The translations under genes and the position numbers were made by a program. Of a DNA stretch of 33,196 nt, positions 26,650 to 33,196 are shown piece after piece (the stretch's first letter is position 1; each line of letters opens with the position of its first letter). Source of the DNA: a virus (taxonomy: Duplodnaviria > Caudoviricetes); the IMG/VR virus record IMGVR_UViG_3300023105_000105, positions 1 through 33,196 of that record; one strand, given 5' to 3'. The notes beneath the pieces are model-generated. The model did no database searches, was not told the origin of the DNA, and worked only from the letters and a program-made list of their open reading frames with translations.

Positions 26650-28023
26650 ATGTCACAAGACAATCTTCAAAAGAAGTGGCAACCAGTCCTTGAGCATCCT
26701 GAGTTGGATCCAATTCAAGATTCTCACAAAAAGGCAACTATTGCACAACTTCTAGAAAACCAAGAAGTGGCTGCCAGAGAACAATCATCTCACGGTGGTA
26801 ACTTTGCTCCGACACTATTAGGTGAGGCTGCTCCTGCTAACGCAATGGGTGCATCTTCTTCAACTGCTAGTGACGGTTCTGTAGATATCTTCGACCCAGT
26901 TCTTATTTCACTGGTTCGTCGTTCTATGCCTAACCTTATCGCTTACGATATCGCAGGTGTTCAACCTATGACTGGTCCTACTGGTCTTATCTTTGCTATG
27001 AAGTCAAGATACGATTCACAGACTGGTACTGAAGCACTATTCAACGAGTCTAATACTTCGTTCTCTGCTTCTGCTTCTGGTAACACTGCTTCAATCCAAG
27101 CAGCTAACGCTTCTGCTGGAACTGGTCATACTGGTACTGACCCTAACGACCGTGCTTCTGGTTCTGGATATACTGTAGAAACTGGTATGTCTACTGCTGA
27201 TGCTGAGAAACTTGGTGATACTGCGAACAACGGTTTCAACCAAATGGCATTCTCAATTGAGAAAATCGCTGTAACTGCTGTTACTCGTGCTCTTAAAGCA
27301 GAATACACAATGGAACTTGCTCAAGACCTTAAGGCTGTTCACGGTCTAGATGCTGAGACTGAGTTATCTAACATTCTATCTGCTGAGATTCTTTCTGAAA
27401 TCAATAGAGAAGTTGTTAGAACTATTAACTACTCTGCGGTTGCTGGTGCTACTAAGAACACTACAACTTCAGGTACTTTCGACTTAGATACTGATTCTAA
27501 TGGTCGTTGGTCAGTTGAGAAGTTCAAAGGTTTGATGTTCCAAATCGAAAGAGATGCTAACGAAATCGCTAAAGCTACTCGTAGAGGAAAGGGTAATGTT
27601 ATGATTACTTCTTCTGATGTTGCTTCTGCTCTTCAAATGGCAGGTGTGTTAGACTATGCTCCAGCACTAAACAACAACCTACAAGTAGATGATACTGGTA
27701 ATACTTTCGCTGGTGTTCTAAATGGTCGTATCAGAGTTTACATTGACCCGTATTTCTCAGATGCTACTAACCAATACTACACAATCGGTTATAAGGGTTC
27801 TTCAGCATTCGACGCTGGTTTATTCTATTGCCCATATGTTCCATTACAAATGGTTCGTGCTGTAGGTGAGAACACTTTCCAACCTAAGATTGGTTTCAAG
27901 ACTCGTTACGGTATGGTTGCAAATCCTTTTGCTACTAATGACGCTAACGGTGTTGCTGCTAGACTAGGTTCTGGTGATGGTAACATTTACTACAGAATTG
28001 CTAAGGTTACTAACCTAATGTAA
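26650..28023 (+). CDS. gp23: Major capsid protein gp23
   Basis: KWQPVLEH; LVRRSMPNLIAYDIAGVQPMTGPTGLIFAM; RALKAEYT.ELAQDLKAVHGLDAE; FQPKIGFKTRYG. Confidence 0.98.
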   Translation: MSQDNLQKKWQPVLEHPELDPIQDSHKKATIAQLLENQEVAAREQSSHGGNFAPTLLGEAAPANAMGASSSTASDGSVDIFDPVLISLVRRSMPNLIAYDIAGVQPMTGPTGLIFAMKSRYDSQTGTEALFNESNTSFSASASGNTASIQAANASAGTGHTGTDPNDRASGSGYTVETGMSTADAEKLGDTANNGFNQMAFSIEKIAVTAVTRALKAEYTMELAQDLKAVHGLDAETELSNILSAEILSEINREVVRTINYSAVAGATKNTTTSGTFDLDTDSNGRWSVEKFKGLMFQIERDANEIAKATRRGKGNVMITSSDVASALQMAGVLDYAPALNNNLQVDDTGNTFAGVLNGRIRVYIDPYFSDATNQYYTIGYKGSSAFDAGLFYCPYVPLQMVRAVGENTFQPKIGFKTRYGMVANPFATNDANGVAARLGSGDGNIYYRIAKVTNLM

Positions 28024-28049
28024 TTCGAGGTAAAACTCACATATAAAAG

Positions 28050-28073
28050 ACCACCCTTCGGGGTGGTTTTTTT
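28050..28073 (+). terminator. Rho-independent terminator after gp23 (cUUCGg), probably bidirectional
   Basis: ACCACCC-TTCG-GGGTGGT plus a T run; AAAAG precedes the stem. Confidence 0.92.
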
Positions 28074-28087
28074 ATTCTTAAAACTAT

Positions 28088-28095
28088 TATAAATA
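28088..28095 (+). promoter_or_regulatory. T4-type late promoter, 5 nt before the gp3 ATG
   Basis: TATAAATA-GAGTT-ATG. Confidence 0.8.
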
Positions 28096-28100
28096 GAGTT

Positions 28101-28601
28101 ATGGCAGAAAGACCTTCAGAACCAAATAACAAATCACTACTCTCACCAGTCGGTTTTAAGTTTAATATACAAAGACTACCGCATGTGAATTACTTCTGTA
28201 CATCTGCTAATATTCCTGATGTTACTTTGGGTCAAGCAGAGGTTCAGAATCCATTTGCTAAATTAAAGAGAGCAGGTGAGAAGATAGAGTTTTCAGATTT
28301 AACACTTGAGTTTCAAGTAGATGAAGATATGAAAAACTATCAAGAGATATTTGATTGGATACAAGGGTTAGGGTTTCCAGATAACTTTCCTCAAAGAAAA
28401 TCTATTACAGAACCGTATAGTGATGCTTCGTTAGTTATTACTACTGCTGCTTATCAACCAAACATAGAGATTCGTTTTAAAGAATTATATCCAACAAGTC
28501 TTCAGTCTCTACAATTCGATTTAAAACAAGGTGACATAACATACCTTACTGGGTCGGTATCGTTCGCATACCGTAGTTACGATATCCTTACTATTACTTA
28601 G
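28101..28601 (+). CDS. gp3: Tail tube terminator/completion protein gp3
   Basis: LSPVGFKF...YFC.SANIP...F.VDEDMKNY.EI.DW...SDASL...F..LYPTSL; position after gp23 as in marine T4-like phages. Confidence 0.85.
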   Translation: MAERPSEPNNKSLLSPVGFKFNIQRLPHVNYFCTSANIPDVTLGQAEVQNPFAKLKRAGEKIEFSDLTLEFQVDEDMKNYQEIFDWIQGLGFPDNFPQRKSITEPYSDASLVITTAAYQPNIEIRFKELYPTSLQSLQFDLKQGDITYLTGSVSFAYRSYDILTIT

Positions 28602-28632
28602 CGCCTATTAGTTCTTGAAGGGGAACACCCCT

Positions 28633-28661
28633 ATTATACTGAGAATTTACAACCTTGTCAA
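28633..28661 (-). promoter_or_regulatory. Perfect-consensus sigma70 promoter on the minus strand
   Basis: Reverse complement reads TTGACA-aggttgtaaattctcag (17 bp)-TATAAT, with an A-tract UP-like region upstream. Confidence 0.8.
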
Positions 28662-28686
28662 CTTTTTTAAATACTTTTTTTATTTT

Positions 28687-28715
28687 TTGACTTTTAATAT
28701 AATTTAAGGTATAAT
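28687..28715 (+). promoter_or_regulatory. Sigma70-type promoter for the oxygenase-uvsY-uvsW-gp55 operon
   Basis: TTGACT-17 bp-TATAAT, upstream T-tracts, ATG 6 nt downstream. Confidence 0.82.
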
Positions 28716-28721
28716 ACCACT

Positions 28722-29273
28722 ATGAGAATTTTTGATAATATATTTGACCCAACTTGGATTCACGATACTACCAACCTTTTAAAACATAAAGTTGCGTGGA
28801 ATCCGAATAATATTGCTAATAGGTCATCTTACCCAAATGGTGAAATTGGTTCACATTTAATGTTGGGGTGTGTTCTTTTTAATAGACTTGATGATGATAT
28901 GATTGAATATACTTTACCTTTAGAAGATACTAGAAGATTTATAGGTGCGTGGTATGCTATTATGAGAAGAGCAGAAAGAAATGGTCTCTTAGTTAATATA
29001 GGTGGTAATCTTCAATTCAAAGGTATGGATGGAACTAAACATATAGATGGGTGGCCTTGGAATTATGTTTTAATGTTGGGAATGGATAATAAAGATTTAA
29101 AAGGTGGTGAATTTATAAACGAGACAACTGGTGAGGTTGTTGAATATAAAAGTGGAAGAGTGATTGAAATTGATAAAGGGGAAGAACATAGGGCAAATGC
29201 TTTTGATAACCCTAATGTTCCCAGATATACTTTGAGATTGAGTGGCAATGAATATAGAACAAATAGTAACTGA
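28722..29273 (+). CDS. 2OG-Fe(II) oxygenase
   Basis: MRIFDNIFD N-terminus; GTKHID...GGEF...GRVI...EHRA...PRYTL. Confidence 0.75.
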   Translation: MRIFDNIFDPTWIHDTTNLLKHKVAWNPNNIANRSSYPNGEIGSHLMLGCVLFNRLDDDMIEYTLPLEDTRRFIGAWYAIMRRAERNGLLVNIGGNLQFKGMDGTKHIDGWPWNYVLMLGMDNKDLKGGEFINETTGEVVEYKSGRVIEIDKGEEHRANAFDNPNVPRYTLRLSGNEYRTNSN

Positions 29274-29682
29274 GTGGAATAAAGATTCTAAGATAGATGA
29301 AACTGAATTGGGTATGGAGTCTGCTAAGATACCTTCTATTCACAATAAATATCTGAAAATTTTTATGGGTGAACGAGTTGCCCTTAAGAAAATCTACGCA
29401 AAGAAAAAGAAAACAGAACGAACCCTATTAGAATATTATTTGGGTGAATTAGATAAAGATGAATTACAAGAATTAGGAAGAGACCAATTCTTTAAGAAGT
29501 TATTGAAGAATGAGGTTCAGTTGTATATTGAGTCTGATGATATGTTTATAGATATTACTTTAGAACTTGCTATGCAACAAGAGAAGGTAGACTACTTAGA
29601 GTCTATCATTAAGAGTTTAAACAATCGAGGGTTTCAGATTAAGTCTGCCATTGATTGGAATAAGTTTGTGACTGGTGGATAA
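29248..29682 (+). CDS. uvsY: Recombination mediator UvsY
   Basis: W.KDSKID..EL..ES.KIP.IH.KY...NRGFQIKSAIDW.KF. Start at 29248 preferred over the track's 29242 (GTG). Confidence 0.9.
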   Translation: MNIEQIVTEWNKDSKIDETELGMESAKIPSIHNKYLKIFMGERVALKKIYAKKKKTERTLLEYYLGELDKDELQELGRDQFFKKLLKNEVQLYIESDDMFIDITLELAMQQEKVDYLESIIKSLNNRGFQIKSAIDWNKFVTGG

Positions 29683-31153
29683 GATAGAAGTATACAAGAA
29701 AGATGAAGTATTTCTTAAGATAGATTGTGAACGAGGAACTGCTAGGGAATTATCGGATTATTTTACATTCGAAGTTCCTGGTGCTAAGTTTATGCCTTCT
29801 GTTCGTAATCGATATTGGGATGGAAAGATTCGTCTGTTCAATGTCAACACAAGACAAATCTATGTTGGTCTACTTAAACACATAAAACACTTCGCAAAAG
29901 AAAGAGACTATGAAGTTATTGTTCACGATGATTTAGAAGATACAATCGATGTTCCTCTAAATGAATTACAGAAGTTTCTTACAGAAGAGAAATACGAACC
30001 AAGAGAATATCAGTTAAGAGCAGTTGCTCATGCTATTCGTAATAATAGAGCATTGATTCTTTCACCAACTGCGAGTGGTAAATCTTTTATTATCTACAGT
30101 CTACTTAAATTCTATTTGAAACAGATAAAAGGTAAGGCGTTGGTCATCGTTCCTACCACATCTTTGGTATCTCAGATGGGTTCAGACTTCGAAGACTATA
30201 GTAATGGAACCTTTGAAAAAACCCACAAAATCATGTCTGGCGTCGACAAGAATGACCCAAATTCAAGAGTTTATATTTCTACTTGGCAGAGTATATACAA
30301 ACAAAAAAAGGAGTATTTTGACCAATTCTCGTTGATTATAGGAGACGAGGCTCACCTTTTTAAAGCAAACTCTCTTACATCGATTATGGAGAAGTTACCC
30401 AATTGTAAGTATCGATTTGGGTTTACTGGAACACTAGATGACACACAGACAAACAAGTTAGTATTAGAAGGTTTGTTTGGGTCGGTAATGAAAGTAATTA
30501 CTACCAAAGAGTTGATTGATGATAAGACACTTGCTGACTTTCGTATTAAGTGTTTGGTGTTGAAATATCCAGACGCAGAATGTAAAAGAATGAAGGGTTC
30601 TTCTTATGTTGAAGAGATGGACTTTATTGTTGGTAACGACACACGAAATAACTTTATTAAGAACTTGACAATTACACGAAAAGGTAATACACTATTACTA
30701 TTCCAATATGTAGAGAAACACGGTAAGATTCTCTACGATAAGATAAATAGTGAAGTAGGTGATAAGAGAAAAGTATTTTTTGTATATGGTGGTGTAGACG
30801 CAAATGAAAGAGAAGAAATCAGAAGGATTACAGAACAAGAGAATGATGCCATCATCATTGCTTCGTTTGGTACTTTTTCTACTGGTATCAACATACGCAA
30901 TCTTCATAACATCATATTTGGTTCTCCTTCAAAATCTAGGATTCGTAACTTGCAATCCATTGGTCGAGGACTGCGTAAGGGTGATAACAAAGAGAGAGCA
31001 ACACTCTATGACATCGCAGATAAACTTTCTTGGAAGAGTTATAACAATCACACGCTCAAACACTTTGCCGTTAGAGTAAAACTATATAATGATGAAGAGT
31101 TTGATTATTCAATTTACAACATAAGGTTAAATTATGAACCATTACAAATATAG
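29675..31153 (+). CDS. uvsW: SF2 DNA helicase UvsW
   Basis: FTFEVPGAKFMP...WDGKIRLF; SPTASGKS; GDEAH; GFTGT; LQSIGRGLR. Confidence 0.96.
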   Translation: MDKIEVYKKDEVFLKIDCERGTARELSDYFTFEVPGAKFMPSVRNRYWDGKIRLFNVNTRQIYVGLLKHIKHFAKERDYEVIVHDDLEDTIDVPLNELQKFLTEEKYEPREYQLRAVAHAIRNNRALILSPTASGKSFIIYSLLKFYLKQIKGKALVIVPTTSLVSQMGSDFEDYSNGTFEKTHKIMSGVDKNDPNSRVYISTWQSIYKQKKEYFDQFSLIIGDEAHLFKANSLTSIMEKLPNCKYRFGFTGTLDDTQTNKLVLEGLFGSVMKVITTKELIDDKTLADFRIKCLVLKYPDAECKRMKGSSYVEEMDFIVGNDTRNNFIKNLTITRKGNTLLLFQYVEKHGKILYDKINSEVGDKRKVFFVYGGVDANEREEIRRITEQENDAIIIASFGTFSTGINIRNLHNIIFGSPSKSRIRNLQSIGRGLRKGDNKERATLYDIADKLSWKSYNNHTLKHFAVRVKLYNDEEFDYSIYNIRLNYEPLQI

Positions 31154-31532
31154 TATTATGAATCTATCGAGTGGAGAAATAATCATCACTGAAGTAAGTG
31201 ACTTTGATGAAGAAGATTATGTATTCACATTAAAGAATCCAGTTAAGATTGTAACTGACACAAATAAGACAACTAAGACTATGCAGTTATATTCATATCC
31301 TTATGTTCCTTTACTACAAGAAGATGAACCAGTAGAGTTAAGTGGTTACCACATTGTTTCTGTTACTCCAGCAAACGAAGAAGTTTTAGAATATTACTTA
31401 GATTCGGTAGACCACATTTATATGATAGATGAAGATGGAAATATAGGTTTATCTAATAAAGACATACAAAATAAAGTTAAAGCAGAATTATCAAAACAAA
31501 TTATACAATTAGCAAACACAAGTATTCACTAG
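31134..31532 (+). CDS. Conserved hypothetical protein between uvsW and gp55
   Basis: LSSGEIII...LKNPV pattern; overlaps the uvsW end; synteny. Confidence 0.7.
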   Translation: MNHYKYSIMNLSSGEIIITEVSDFDEEDYVFTLKNPVKIVTDTNKTTKTMQLYSYPYVPLLQEDEPVELSGYHIVSVTPANEEVLEYYLDSVDHIYMIDEDGNIGLSNKDIQNKVKAELSKQIIQLANTSIH

Positions 31533-31541
31533 GAAATTATT

Positions 31542-32075
31542 ATGGCGAAGAAACAAAAAAATTATGTAAACAATAAAGACTTCTTTGAAGCAATGGTTGA
31601 GTTTAAGAAGTCGGTTGAAGAAGCAGAAGCAAAGGGTGAGCAACGACCTCAAGTTCCAAAGTATGTTGCTGAATGTATCACACTGATTGCTCAACGACTA
31701 TCTCATAAACCAAACTTTATCAACTACACATTTAGAGAAGATATGATTGGTGATGGTATTGAAAACTCTTTGAGATATATTGACAACTTCAATCCAGAGA
31801 AGACTCAGAACCCATTCGCATACTTTACTCAAATTATATACTATGCTTTTCTCCGTCGTATTCAAAAAGAGAAGAAGTATCTTTACACTAAATTCAAAGC
31901 AACAGAGAATGCTAATCTGATGGGTGAGGTTGTAGATTTACAAGGACACGATATCAGTGGTCAGTTTGATGTTGACATTAAAGCGTCTGATGGGGCTGCT
32001 GAGTATATGGCAGAGTTTGTAGAAGCATTTGAAGATAAACAAAACAAGAAAAAACTAAAAGATGATAATAATTGA
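31542..32075 (+). CDS. gp55: Late-transcription sigma factor gp55
   Basis: YVNNKDF...IA.RLSHKPNFINYT.REDMI.DGIEN...NPFAYFTQI.YYAFLRRI.KEK. Confidence 0.96.
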   Translation: MAKKQKNYVNNKDFFEAMVEFKKSVEEAEAKGEQRPQVPKYVAECITLIAQRLSHKPNFINYTFREDMIGDGIENSLRYIDNFNPEKTQNPFAYFTQIIYYAFLRRIQKEKKYLYTKFKATENANLMGEVVDLQGHDISGQFDVDIKASDGAAEYMAEFVEAFEDKQNKKKLKDDNN

Positions 32076-32553
32076 TGATTTTTTAGATAATGATTATCTA
32101 ACACATATTCAAAATATTATACCTAATTTACATTGGAAACTTCATGGAAGTGTTGATGGTAAGTTGAATTTCTTAAACAGTGTTGGTGACTTTCCTCACA
32201 CAGATGCTTTTAATACTCTTGCTGAAAAGATTCTAAATTTGACATATTTACGAAACCCTAGTATAATCAGATGTTATGTAAATCTTAATCCTCAAGGTGA
32301 ATATCATAGTGGTAGATGGCATGAAGATGATGGTGATATAACTGCTTTGTTTTATCCATATGAGTGGAAAAAAGAGTGGGGTGGGGAAACAGAATTTAGG
32401 GATGGTAGTAAAATTGAAAATAAAATGAATAGATTAGCATTGTTTAACGCAAATAATCCACATAAAGCATGCGAACACACATCACCAAATTTTAGATATA
32501 GTATAGCATTTAAACTAGAGGCAGATTGGAATGAAGATAGCATTAATAACTGA
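32062..32553 (+). CDS. 2OG-Fe(II) oxygenase (prolyl-hydroxylase-like)
   Basis: IIDDFL; WHED...TALFY...WGGETEF...NRLALF...PH...RYSIAF. Confidence 0.85.
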   Translation: MIIIDDFLDNDYLTHIQNIIPNLHWKLHGSVDGKLNFLNSVGDFPHTDAFNTLAEKILNLTYLRNPSIIRCYVNLNPQGEYHSGRWHEDDGDITALFYPYEWKKEWGGETEFRDGSKIENKMNRLALFNANNPHKACEHTSPNFRYSIAFKLEADWNEDSINN

Positions 32554-33196
32554 TACACACTGGGGAGTTAGAAACGACTCCAAAGTGTTTTATGAATACT
32601 TTGAGAAATTTTATAATAACACCTTCTTTCCAGAATTAGAAAAACGAGACATTAAGACAGTCATTCACTTAGGTGATATTGTCGACCGTCGTAAGTTTAT
32701 TAACTATGTGACTCTGCGTAAGATGAAAGACATCTTTATTGACAGATGTGTTAAAGACAAACTTGACCTCCATGTAATCGTCGGTAATCACGATGTTCCT
32801 TTCAAAGATACAAATGAGTATAACTCGATGAATGAGTTATTCGATAAAGAAGATATCACATACTATTCAGAACCAAAGACTGTCCAGTTTGATGGCACAG
32901 ATATTCTGATGATGCCTTGGATTAATAAAGAAAACTATGACCATGCTTTAAAGACGATGGATGACACTCCTGCTCAGATTATGTTTGGTCATTTAGAAAT
33001 CGCAGGTATGTTAATGATGGTGGGTCAAGCAAACCCACACGGTATGAAGAAGAGTCAGTTTAAGAAGTTTGACCAAGTATTAAGTGGTCACTTCCATCAC
33101 AAGAATTCGAGTGATAACATCACTTACTTAGGTTGTCCATATGAAATGACTTGGGCAGACTACAACGACCCTAAAGGTTTCCATATCTATGATACA
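32531..33196 (+). CDS. gp47: Recombination endonuclease subunit gp47 (Mre11/SbcD-like); 3' truncated, not in the ORF track
   Basis: Manual translation MKIALITDTHWGVRNDS...HLGDIVDRRK...VGNHD...FGHLE...SGHFHH shows metallophosphoesterase motifs; the frame is open to the window end. Confidence 0.95.
   Translation, partial: MKIALITDTHWGVRNDSKVFYEYFEKFYNNTFFPELEKRDIKTVIHLGDIVDRRKFINYVTLRKMKDIFIDRCVKDKLDLHVIVGNHDVPFKDTNEYNSMNELFDKEDITYYSEPKTVQFDGTDILMMPWINKENYDHALKTMDDTPAQIMFGHLEIAGMLMMVGQANPHGMKKSQFKKFDQVLSGHFHHKNSSDNITYLGCPYEMTWADYNDPKGFHIYDT

Noticed and set aside
17603-28023. Introns, inteins or homing endonucleases in gp17, gp18, gp20 or gp23
   Set aside because: The ORFs are continuous, of normal length, and lack intein, HNH, GIY-YIG or LAGLIDADG motifs.
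1-33196. tRNA genes, stop-codon reassignment or invertible fibre segments
   Set aside because: Intergenic gaps are short and show no cloverleaf; core genes are full length in the standard code; no invertase or inverted fibre cassette is seen.

Overview
AT-rich segment of a T4-like myovirus genome. The gene order resembles marine T4-like phages; the host is probably Gram-negative. All credible genes are on the + strand. From left to right: (1) a 13-kb fibre/adhesin island (1-13288) with two S74-chaperone fibres and five proteins carrying Mtd_N-like N-termini; (2) the conserved neck/tail/packaging/head block gp13-14-15-16-17-18-19-20-(core)-21-22-23-3, with a four-gene insert between gp16 and gp17 (small ORF, lipoprotein, holin-like protein, SNase-type nuclease); (3) uvsY-uvsW-hyp-gp55-gp47 (truncated). 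Three 2OG-Fe(II) oxygenases sit at module junctions. Regulatory signals found: eleven TATAAATA late promoters, three sigma70-type promoters (one a perfect consensus pointing antisense) and three intrinsic terminators. The most notable inferences: an apparent head-to-tail docking code, in which the C-terminal peptide of each fibre protein matches the N-terminal domain class of the next; a candidate unimolecular-spanin/holin cassette inside the terminase locus; a strong antisense promoter against gp3; and GATC depletion with survival only in GGATCC. All counts are by eye and all family calls come from motif recognition, not database searches.
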